Assembly: GCA_963545005.1 (NCBI GenBank)
Contig: CAUUHK010000001.1
Span: forward strand, 1 to 33,086
DNA from: an uncultured Eubacteriales bacterium
GTDB lineage: Bacteria > Bacillota > Clostridia > TANB77 > CAG-508
Length of the DNA stretch: 33,086 bases
Direction: 5' to 3'
The notes under the pieces were generated by a model. The model was not told the origin of the DNA, ran no database searches, and saw only the letters and a program-made list of their open reading frames with translations. The position numbers were made by a program, and so were the translations under genes. Within the stretch, counting starts at the first letter, position 1; each line of letters starts with the position of its first letter. Shown piece by piece: positions 8,785 through 16,654 of this stretch.

Positions 8785-11136
8785 ATGAAAAATAATGATA
8801 AAGAATTTGAAAATTACGAAAATTTTGATGATGGAAGTCAAGAATTTGATATAGATAATGACTTTGAAGGATTAGAAGAAAGTTTAAAAGAACAAGCTGA
8901 AATGTTTGGTGTTAATATAAATAAAGATGATTTAAATGGTCTAATGGAACAATTACAAAAAATATTTCCACCAATTACAAACGCAGAATATATAGAAAAT
9001 TTAAAAAAATCTGGTCAGTTTGAAAATTCATTTTCAGAAAGAAAAGATAATTTAGATGATTCAGAAGTAAGAACAAAAATCAAAAAAAGAATGAAAGATA
9101 AAGAATCACATAAAACATTAAACGCCTACGCTACTTTATTAAATGAAGTAGTTACAACAGGTGGAGTAGACCCAGTAATAGGTCGTGAAAATGAAATAGA
9201 GAGAGTTATTCAAATATTAAATAGAAGAAAAAAGAATAATCCATGCTTAATAGGTGAACCTGGTGTAGGTAAAACAGCAATAGCACAAGGATTAGCATAT
9301 CAAATTGAAACAGAAAAAGTGCCATCTAAATTATTAAATAAAAAAGTATATCTATTAGATGTAGGTTCATTAATAGCAGGAACACAATTTAGAGGACAAT
9401 TAGAACAAAGAGTAAATACATTAGTAAAGGAATGTAAAAATGATAAAGATGTAATATTAGTTATTGATGAAATACATACTATTGTAGGACATAACTCAAT
9501 GGATGAAACAAATAGTATAGCAAATATGATAAAACCAGCATTAGCAAATGGAGATATTCAAGTTATTGGTACTACAACATTTGATGAATATAGAAAATAT
9601 ATTGAAAAAGACAGTGCACTTGAAAGAAGATTTCAACCTGTAAAAGTCGAAGAACCAACACAAGAACAAGCTATTAAAATATTAAAAGGTATAAGAAAGT
9701 TTTATGAAGAATATCATTTTGTTAAAATTTCTGATCATTTAATAGAAAAAATAGTTGAAATGTCTGAAAAATATGTACATAATAGATTTTTACCAGATAA
9801 AGCTATAGATATTATTGATGAAGCTTCATCTGCAGTTAATTTAAAAAATACAGATTTATATAAATTAGAAAAGATGAAAGAAGAATTACAAAAATTAGCT
9901 GAAGAAAAAGAAGAAAGAATAAATTCTGATTCTACAGAAGATTATAAAATTGCTGCTGAATTAAAAGCTAAAGAATGTAGCTTAATAGAAAAAATAGAAA
10001 AATTTGCACCAAAGGTTAAACCAAAAAATTTAACAATAAGTGATATAGCAGAAGTAATTGAAAGATGGACTAAAATACCAGTTCAAAAAATTACTGAAGC
10101 AGAATCAGAAAAATTACTTAATTTAGAAAAAAATCTGCATAAACAAGTAATAGGACAAGAAGAAGCTGTAAGCGCAGTATCTAAAGCAATAAGAAGAAAT
10201 AGAGCGGGAATACAAACATCTAAAAAACCTCCATCATTTATCTTTGTTGGTCCAACAGGTGTAGGTAAAACAGAGCTTGCAAAAGCTGTAGCAAAAGAAA
10301 TGTTTGGAACAGAAAAAAATATAATTAGAGTAGATATGAGTGAATATATGGAAAAATATTCAGTATCTAAATTAATAGGTGCACCTCCAGGTTATGTTGG
10401 ATATGATGAAGCAGGAGGACTTACAGAAAGAGTTAGAAGAAATCCTTATTCAATAATATTATTTGATGAAATTGAAAAAGCACATCCAGATGTATTTAAT
10501 ATTTTATTACAAGTATTAGATGATGGAATACTTACAGATTCACAAGGTAAAACGATTAATTTTTCAAATACTATAATAATAATGACATCAAATGCCGGTT
10601 CAGACTTAAATACAAATGCTATAGGATTTGGGAAAACAAGTGAACAAAAGAAAAATAAAATTTTAAATTCAATAAAAGAGAATTTTAGACCTGAATTTTT
10701 AAATAGAGTTGATGATATTATTGTATTTGATTCATTAACAGATGATGATGTTTTAAAAATATTAGATATATTTATATCTAGAGTACAAAATATTTTAAAA
10801 TCTAGAAATATTACCCTTAATATTACTGAAGAAGCAAAAAAATATATAGCTAAAAAAGGAACAGATATTAAGTATGGTGCAAGACCATTAAAAAGAGCTC
10901 TAACAAATTTAGTAGAAGATGAAATAACAGATTTAATTTTAGAAGGAAAATTAAAAGATGGTATGGAAATTTTAGTAGATACAAAAAATAATGATGAAAT
11001 ATTAGAAACAAAAATATCTAAAAAAGAAGTAGATGAATCAAAAAAAATAAATAAAAATATAAATTCAGAAAATAAAAAATATATTACAGAAATAGCAAAA
11101 TCAAAAGAAAATGAATTAATTTTTAGTTTTGCATAA
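8785..11136 (+). CDS. Class I two-domain AAA+ Clp ATPase (ClpC/ClpE type) with a non-canonical N-terminal region
   Basis: D1 Walker A GEPGVGKTAIA and Walker B ILVIDEIH. D2 Walker A GPTGVGKTELAK and Walker B IILFDEIEKAH. A short coiled-coil middle region is present. An AIGFG loop sits between the sensor-1 stretch IIIMTSNAGS and FRPEFLNRVDD, where ClpP-docking loops lie. I chose the ATG at 8785 as the start because it sits 5 nt after AGGAGG; the track start at 8746 has no ribosome-binding site and lies inside the promoter. Confidence 0.9.
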   Translation: MKNNDKEFENYENFDDGSQEFDIDNDFEGLEESLKEQAEMFGVNINKDDLNGLMEQLQKIFPPITNAEYIENLKKSGQFENSFSERKDNLDDSEVRTKIKKRMKDKESHKTLNAYATLLNEVVTTGGVDPVIGRENEIERVIQILNRRKKNNPCLIGEPGVGKTAIAQGLAYQIETEKVPSKLLNKKVYLLDVGSLIAGTQFRGQLEQRVNTLVKECKNDKDVILVIDEIHTIVGHNSMDETNSIANMIKPALANGDIQVIGTTTFDEYRKYIEKDSALERRFQPVKVEEPTQEQAIKILKGIRKFYEEYHFVKISDHLIEKIVEMSEKYVHNRFLPDKAIDIIDEASSAVNLKNTDLYKLEKMKEELQKLAEEKEERINSDSTEDYKIAAELKAKECSLIEKIEKFAPKVKPKNLTISDIAEVIERWTKIPVQKITEAESEKLLNLEKNLHKQVIGQEEAVSAVSKAIRRNRAGIQTSKKPPSFIFVGPTGVGKTELAKAVAKEMFGTEKNIIRVDMSEYMEKYSVSKLIGAPPGYVGYDEAGGLTERVRRNPYSIILFDEIEKAHPDVFNILLQVLDDGILTDSQGKTINFSNTIIIMTSNAGSDLNTNAIGFGKTSEQKKNKILNSIKENFRPEFLNRVDDIIVFDSLTDDDVLKILDIFISRVQNILKSRNITLNITEEAKKYIAKKGTDIKYGARPLKRALTNLVEDEITDLILEGKLKDGMEILVDTKNNDEILETKISKKEVDESKKINKNINSENKKYITEIAKSKENELIFSFA

Positions 11137-11150
11137 TATAATAAATATAA

Positions 11151-11186
11151 AATGTATTAGTGATAAGACTAATACATTTTATTTAT
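11151..11186 (+). terminator. Rho-independent terminator after the clp gene
   Basis: The 11-bp perfect stem AATGTATTAGT (11151-11161) pairs with ACTAATACATT (11168-11178). The loop is 6 nt and a T-rich tail ttttatttat follows. Confidence 0.7.
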
Positions 11187-11539
11187 ATATACAAAAAAGT
11201 AAGTAAATATTAAAAATAAAGTTTCAATATAAACATAATTTAACAATTTAAAAAATAATTTATTTTTTACTATATTTTTGAATATTTTATATTTTTTTAT
11301 ATAATAAATGTATTTATTAATATGTCTGTAAATTACTTCTATTTATTCTTCTATTTTATTTATAGAATCTGTTATATTAATCTAAAAAAAATTAGATCAT
11401 TTAAATTAATTTAAAACTAATGTGGCTATATAAATTAATAATAATGAAATTAAAGATTAGCATATACATATTTTATTATAAATTTTCAAATAAAGTATAT
11501 TGACTTATTAATTTAAAAGATGAATAAATTAAAAAGTTA

Positions 11540-11548
11540 TGGTATAAT
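11540..11548 (+). promoter_or_regulatory. Extended -10 promoter element (TGgTATAAT) for the tyrS operon
   Basis: TGGTATAAT ends 22 nt before the tyrS ATG and is followed by the GAGGTG ribosome-binding site. There is no good -35 at a 17-nt spacing; the TTGACT at 11500 is too far away. Confidence 0.45.
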
Positions 11549-11570
11549 ATTTCTATTAATGAGGTGAAAA

Positions 11571-12758
11571 ATGGGTATATTTGAATTTTTAGAAAATAGA
11601 GGATTCATAGAACAAACAACAAATAAAGAAGCTATTATTAAAAAATTGAATAATGAAAAAATAACATTTTACATTGGGGTTGATCCAACCGCAGATAGCC
11701 TACATGTAGGACATTTTATGTTTTTAATGATAGCATCACATCTACAAAAAGCTGGGCATAGACCAATAATAATAGTTGGTGGTGGTACAGCAAATATTGG
11801 AGATCCTTCTGGAAGAACAGATATGAGGAAAATGCTTACAAAAGAGCAATTAGAATATAATATTTCTCAAATAAAAAAACAATTATCTAGGTTTTTATCT
11901 TTTGAAGGTGAAAATGCAGCGAAAATAATAAATAACGGAGATTGGTTATTAGATTTAAAATATATAGATTTTATGAAAGAAGTAGGGGTTAATTTTAATG
12001 TTAATAAAATGCTTTCAGCAGAATGCTATAAAACAAGATTAAATTCAGGATTAACATTTTTTGAATTAGGATATATGTTAATGCAGGCATATGATTTTAT
12101 GAAATTATATCAAGATGAAAATTGTATATTACAAATAGGTGGGAATGATCAATGGTCAAACCTAATTGCAGGTGTAGATCTTACAAGAAAAGTATTAGGT
12201 CAAGAAATTTTTGGTATGACAATAAAGCTATTAACAAAAAAAGATGGAACAAAAATGGGAAAAACTGCAGGTGGAGCTTTATGGTTAGATAAAGAAAAAT
12301 TAACTGCATATGAATTTTATCAATATTTTAGAAATGTAGATGATGAAGATATATTAACATTATTTAAAACATTAACATTTTTAAGTGATGAAGAAATAGT
12401 AAAACAAATGAAAAATGAAAATATAAATGAAGTTAAATCAATATTAGCATTTGAAATTACAAAAATAATTCATGGTGAAGAAGAAGCTAAAAATGCAGAA
12501 GAAACTTCAAAAGCAATATTTAATGGTAAAAATGCAATAATGAATTTACCAGAATTTGAAAATGAAGGTGAAATTAGAATTTTAGAAGCGCTAGTATATA
12601 CTAAATTAGCATCTTCAAATAGTGATGCAAAAAAATTAATAAATCAAGAAGCAGTTAGTTTAAATGATGAGATTGTGAAAGATATTAATTTAATTGTTTC
12701 AGATAAAGAAAATATAATTAGAAAAGGTAAAAAATATATTAAATTAATAATTAGATAA
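11571..12758 (+). CDS. tyrS: Tyrosine--tRNA ligase
   Basis: HIGH motif as DSLHVGHF and KMSKS motif as TKMGKTAGG. QAYDF and GGNDQW are typical of TyrS. The C-terminus is an S4-like domain. Confidence 0.95.
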   Translation: MGIFEFLENRGFIEQTTNKEAIIKKLNNEKITFYIGVDPTADSLHVGHFMFLMIASHLQKAGHRPIIIVGGGTANIGDPSGRTDMRKMLTKEQLEYNISQIKKQLSRFLSFEGENAAKIINNGDWLLDLKYIDFMKEVGVNFNVNKMLSAECYKTRLNSGLTFFELGYMLMQAYDFMKLYQDENCILQIGGNDQWSNLIAGVDLTRKVLGQEIFGMTIKLLTKKDGTKMGKTAGGALWLDKEKLTAYEFYQYFRNVDDEDILTLFKTLTFLSDEEIVKQMKNENINEVKSILAFEITKIIHGEEEAKNAEETSKAIFNGKNAIMNLPEFENEGEIRILEALVYTKLASSNSDAKKLINQEAVSLNDEIVKDINLIVSDKENIIRKGKKYIKLIIR

Positions 12759-12771
12759 TAGTAGGAGAAAA

Positions 12772-13683
12772 ATGGGCTTTTTTGATAAAATTAGACAAGG
12801 ATTAGAAAAAACAAAAGAAAAATTTTCAAACAATGTTAATAAAGTATTTGCTAACTTTAGAAAAGTTGATGAAGAATTAATGGAAGAATTAGAAGAAAAT
12901 TTAGTTTTATCCGATATATCTTATATAACTGTCAATGAAATAATGAAAACATTAAGAGAAAATATTAAGATACAAAATTTACAAGATTCAGATCAAGTAA
13001 AACTAGAACTAAAAAATATTTTAAAAAATATACTTTTAGAAAATGCAGTAGAAGAAAATGTTTTAGAAAATAGCTTAAAAGTTATATTAGTTATAGGGAT
13101 TAATGGTGTTGGTAAAACAACAACAATTGGAAAATTAGCAAATAATTATATAACTGAGGGAAAAAAAGTTGTAATAGCAGCTGCCGATACTTTTAGAGCA
13201 GCGGCAATTGAACAATTAGAAATATGGACAAAAAGGGCTGGTGCACAATTAATAAAAGGGAAAGAACATGAAGATCCATCTTCAGTTGTGTATAGTGCTG
13301 TAAAATACGCTAAAGAAAATGCAGATATATTATTAATAGATACTGCAGGTAGATTACAAAATAAAAAGAACTTAATGGAAGAATTATCTAAAATACATAG
13401 AGTTATAGATAAAGCTATGGAAAATACTAAATATGTAAGAGAAAATTATATAGTAATAGATGGTACTACAGGACAAAATGGAATATTACAAGTAAAAGCA
13501 TTTGATGAAATAGCAAAATCTACAGGTGTAATAGTTACAAAATTGGATGGTACTGCAAAAGGTGGTATAATATTTAGTATAGTGCAAGAAACAAAAATAC
13601 CTATTAAATATATCGGGATAGGTGAAAAAATAGATGATTTACAAAAATTTAATGAAAATGAATTTGTAGAAGCTATTTTTTAA
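12772..13683 (+). CDS. ftsY: Signal recognition particle receptor FtsY (short form, without a long acidic A domain)
   Basis: SRP-GTPase motifs GINGVGKTTTIGKLA, DTAGRLQNK and TKLDGTAKGG. AADTFRAAAIEQL is also present. Confidence 0.95.
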   Translation: MGFFDKIRQGLEKTKEKFSNNVNKVFANFRKVDEELMEELEENLVLSDISYITVNEIMKTLRENIKIQNLQDSDQVKLELKNILKNILLENAVEENVLENSLKVILVIGINGVGKTTTIGKLANNYITEGKKVVIAAADTFRAAAIEQLEIWTKRAGAQLIKGKEHEDPSSVVYSAVKYAKENADILLIDTAGRLQNKKNLMEELSKIHRVIDKAMENTKYVRENYIVIDGTTGQNGILQVKAFDEIAKSTGVIVTKLDGTAKGGIIFSIVQETKIPIKYIGIGEKIDDLQKFNENEFVEAIF

Positions 13684-13692
13684 GGAGGAAAA

Positions 13693-16116
13693 ATGAAAAA
13701 AAAATTAGCTAATATTTGTACAAGTATATTTGTATTATTAGTAGTCTCAGCATTTTATATTTCATTAAAATCTGAACATATAAAAGTGCTAGAAATAGGA
13801 AATCAATATGTTGAATCATTTAATATTAGAATGTATGAAAGAATAGGATTATTTGTATTCTCATTTATATTTAGTTTTGTTTTCATATATTTATTAAATA
13901 GAGGAATAATTAAAGGTTTAAAAGATATTTTTGAAAAAGAAAATAAAGAATTTACAAAAACTTCAAATAAATCAATTGCCATAATACTTGCAATATTAAA
14001 TGCATATTTAATACAATATTTATTTCAAGGTGATATACTTACAATAATTAATTTAGGTTGGTTTGGTAAAAAAGATCAAATACTAAATATAGATTATTCA
14101 TATTTTATATTAGTTTATCCAATGATTACAAAATTACTTAAATACTTATTAGTATCAACAGGAATATTAATAATTTATGTAATGCTATATTATATAATTA
14201 CATTAAATGTAAAATTAGATGGAATAAATATTAAAGATTTAAAAGAAAATCATGTAACAAAAATAATGTCAAAATTATTTGTAATGGGATTTATTTATAC
14301 AATAATATTTTTAATAATATCTTCACAAGACTTATTATTTGGAGATATGTTAAAAAAACAAGGTAAAGAAAAATTATATTTAAATGGTGCAGGATTCGGA
14401 GATATATTCTTTAAAAATACAGCTTTTATATTATTTGAAATATATTTATTTGTATTAATGTTTAAAGTATCAAAAACAATAAAAAATGGAGATATTCCAA
14501 AGGTTATTAAACAATTATTATTTATCCCAGTAGTTATAATAGGGTTATATGTTGCAGTATTTGTATTAAATTTAATTTTTGTAAAAACAAATGAATTTAA
14601 AATACAAAAAAAATATATAGAAGCTAATATAGCTGCAACTGAAAAAGCGTATAATATAAAAATAGAACAAAAAAATATTGACGAAGCAAAAGAACTTGGT
14701 ATTAAGGAAATTAAAAATGCTAATCAAGTATTAAATAAAATCCCATATATTACATCAGATATTATAGAAAAAAATATAAAAAATATGGAAAATATTAAAA
14801 ATACTAAAAATACTCAAAATAATAAAGAACCATATATGTATAATAATACAAATATAATTGATACTGAAAGTTCTTTGGTATATTTTACACCAAGAGAAAT
14901 AGAAAAAAACGGAACAATTGCGTATAACGACAAAAAATATGAATATACACATGGTAATTTTGGTATCGTATCTTCATCAAATGATGTCGCAGAAAATGGA
15001 AATATATTAAATATAGAAAGTAAATATAAAGGACAGGAATTAGATGGGATAAAAATTCTTGAACCAAGAATATATTATGGATTACACCAAAATATAAATA
15101 AAATAGTTGGAAATAATGAAGAATATGATTTTCCACTAATAGGAAATACATTTGAAGCAAATAAATATGAAGGTACAGGTGGTATTAGATTAAATTTATT
15201 AGAAAGATTAGTTTATGGAATTAGTAATAATGCTATTAACTTTATGTTTAATGTAAATTCATCAGAAAATGATAGATATTTATTAAATACAAATATAATA
15301 TCTAGAGCAAAAACAATAGTTCCAGAATTAACATATGATGAAAAACCATATTTATTACCAAATGCAGAAGGTGGATTAACATGGGTAATTGATGCATATT
15401 CTATTTCATCAAGATATCCATATTCACAAAAAATAGCTATATCTGGAAAAGATGGTGGAAAAACTAGAATAAATTATATTAGAAATAGTGCAAAAGTATT
15501 AATAGATGCATATACAGGAAAAACAACATTTTATGTAGCTGATGATGAAGACCCAATAATTAAAACAATTCAAAATAAATATAAAAATGTATTTAAAAAT
15601 ATGGATGAAATACCAGCTAAAATAAAAGAAAATTTACTTTATCCAAAATATTTATATGATATTCAATCTGAAATGATATCTGTATATCATACAATATCAG
15701 CTGAAACATTATATAGAGAAGAAGATGTATGGAAAATACCAAGTATAAAAAATACAGCATCTGTGTCAACATATACATATCTAAAAAATGAAGGTGAAGA
15801 AGCAAAATTAGGATTATTATCAGTATATGCTCCTATAAATAAACAAACATTAAATGGATATTTAGTAGGAGAAAATAAAGGTGGTAAAAATATTTTAACA
15901 TTATATAAATTTGAAAAAAATGAAAATATTTTAAGTATGGATTATATGAGAGAAATAATCCAAAAAGATAAAAATGTAAAAGAAGAATTAGAAATACTAA
16001 ATAGATTAGGTACTAATTTAATTAGTAAAGTAATGCTTGTACCAATAGATAAGTCAATGTTATATATTGAAAGTATTTATGAAGTAAACTTAATGATGAA
16101 AATAAAATTACTTTAA
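13693..16116 (+). CDS. UPF0182 family large membrane protein, N-terminal approximately 88 percent. The frame ends prematurely because of a 1-nt frameshift near 16090.
   Basis: Multiple N-terminal transmembrane helices. Family-typical stretches are WVIDAYSISSRYPYSQ, NSAKVLIDAYTGKTTFYV, LLYPKYLYDIQ and YIESIY. The ORF stops 7 codons after the point where conservation jumps to another frame. Confidence 0.85.
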   Translation: MKKKLANICTSIFVLLVVSAFYISLKSEHIKVLEIGNQYVESFNIRMYERIGLFVFSFIFSFVFIYLLNRGIIKGLKDIFEKENKEFTKTSNKSIAIILAILNAYLIQYLFQGDILTIINLGWFGKKDQILNIDYSYFILVYPMITKLLKYLLVSTGILIIYVMLYYIITLNVKLDGINIKDLKENHVTKIMSKLFVMGFIYTIIFLIISSQDLLFGDMLKKQGKEKLYLNGAGFGDIFFKNTAFILFEIYLFVLMFKVSKTIKNGDIPKVIKQLLFIPVVIIGLYVAVFVLNLIFVKTNEFKIQKKYIEANIAATEKAYNIKIEQKNIDEAKELGIKEIKNANQVLNKIPYITSDIIEKNIKNMENIKNTKNTQNNKEPYMYNNTNIIDTESSLVYFTPREIEKNGTIAYNDKKYEYTHGNFGIVSSSNDVAENGNILNIESKYKGQELDGIKILEPRIYYGLHQNINKIVGNNEEYDFPLIGNTFEANKYEGTGGIRLNLLERLVYGISNNAINFMFNVNSSENDRYLLNTNIISRAKTIVPELTYDEKPYLLPNAEGGLTWVIDAYSISSRYPYSQKIAISGKDGGKTRINYIRNSAKVLIDAYTGKTTFYVADDEDPIIKTIQNKYKNVFKNMDEIPAKIKENLLYPKYLYDIQSEMISVYHTISAETLYREEDVWKIPSIKNTASVSTYTYLKNEGEEAKLGLLSVYAPINKQTLNGYLVGENKGGKNILTLYKFEKNENILSMDYMREIIQKDKNVKEELEILNRLGTNLISKVMLVPIDKSMLYIESIYEVNLMMKIKLL

Positions 16117-16448
16117 AGAAAGTTATAGTGGCAACAGGAAATAAAGTTGGAATAGGTTCAAATTTAAAAACAGCATTTTTAAAATTATTCACAGATTCAA
16201 GAATTAATGTGGAAATATTAAATACAGATAATAGAGAAGCTTTAATTGCAGAAATTATAAAAATGAATAACAATTTAGAACAATCAATAAAATTAAATAA
16301 CTGGGAATATATTGGAAAAGATATAAATAAAATGGTTAATTTAGTAAAAACTTTAGAAGAATATGATAAAAAGCAAAAAGAAGAAAAAGCTAAAAAAGAA
16401 AAAACATTAAATGAAGAAGAAATAAAAGAAATCACAGAAAATAGATAG
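16092..16448 (+). pseudogene. C-terminal fragment of the same UPF0182 gene, in the -1 frame relative to 13693-16116
   Basis: The frame is open from 16083. It reads NDENKITLKKVIVATGNKVGIGSNLKTAFLKLF...NNWEYIGKD, which matches the usual UPF0182 C-terminus (xLKRVIVAxGxxV...; GDWxxYG). The only in-frame start in the track ORF is a GTG at 16128, and it has no ribosome-binding site. Confidence 0.75.
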
Positions 16449-16462
16449 TGATGGGGGTACAA

Positions 16463-16642
16463 ATGAAAGAAATCATTTTAGATGAATATAATGAAGAAAA
16501 TATACAAGAATTTACTAATGAATATATTACATTAAGAAAAAAAATATATGAATTACATGAAAAATTAGATGAAATAACATATAATCTTAATGAATTAGAA
16601 AATCAAATTAAAAATAAAAAAAATAATCATAATAACGAATAA
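16463..16642 (+). CDS. Hypothetical small coiled-coil protein (59 aa)
   Basis: The ATG at 16463 is preceded by GGGGG plus a 5-nt spacer. The heptad-like sequence is rich in E, K, L and N. It sits directly after the UPF0182 stop codon. Confidence 0.55.
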   Translation: MKEIILDEYNEENIQEFTNEYITLRKKIYELHEKLDEITYNLNELENQIKNKKNNHNNE

Positions 16643-16654
16643 TGAGGAGGTATT

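Noticed and set aside
11322-11414. A 30-codon mini-ORF upstream of tyrS encodes MSVNYFYLFFYFIYRICYINLKKIRSFKLI, with 5 Tyr in the first 18 residues. It is tempting to read it as a Tyr-sensing leader peptide.
   Set aside because: - It has no ribosome-binding site.
- There is no terminator or antiterminator structure between it and tyrS.
- The best promoter lies downstream of it.
- TAT and TAC codons are expected at high frequency in random sequence this AT-rich, so 5 Tyr in 30 codons is only mildly above chance.
11421-11429. A DnaA-box-like nonamer (tgtggctat, reverse complement ATAGCCACA, 7/9 to TTATCCACA) in the long AT-rich clp-tyrS spacer, which raises the possibility of an origin of replication.
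   Set aside because: It is a single imperfect box with no cluster. There is no dnaA or dnaN nearby, and genes on both sides keep the same orientation, so there is no strand switch.
16087-16116. Programmed -1 ribosomal frameshifting as the explanation for the UPF0182 split.
   Set aside because: The sequence at the shift point (aac tta atg) is not an X_XXY_YYZ slippery heptamer. I see no downstream G/C-containing stem or pseudoknot. An indel, real or from assembly, is the simpler explanation.
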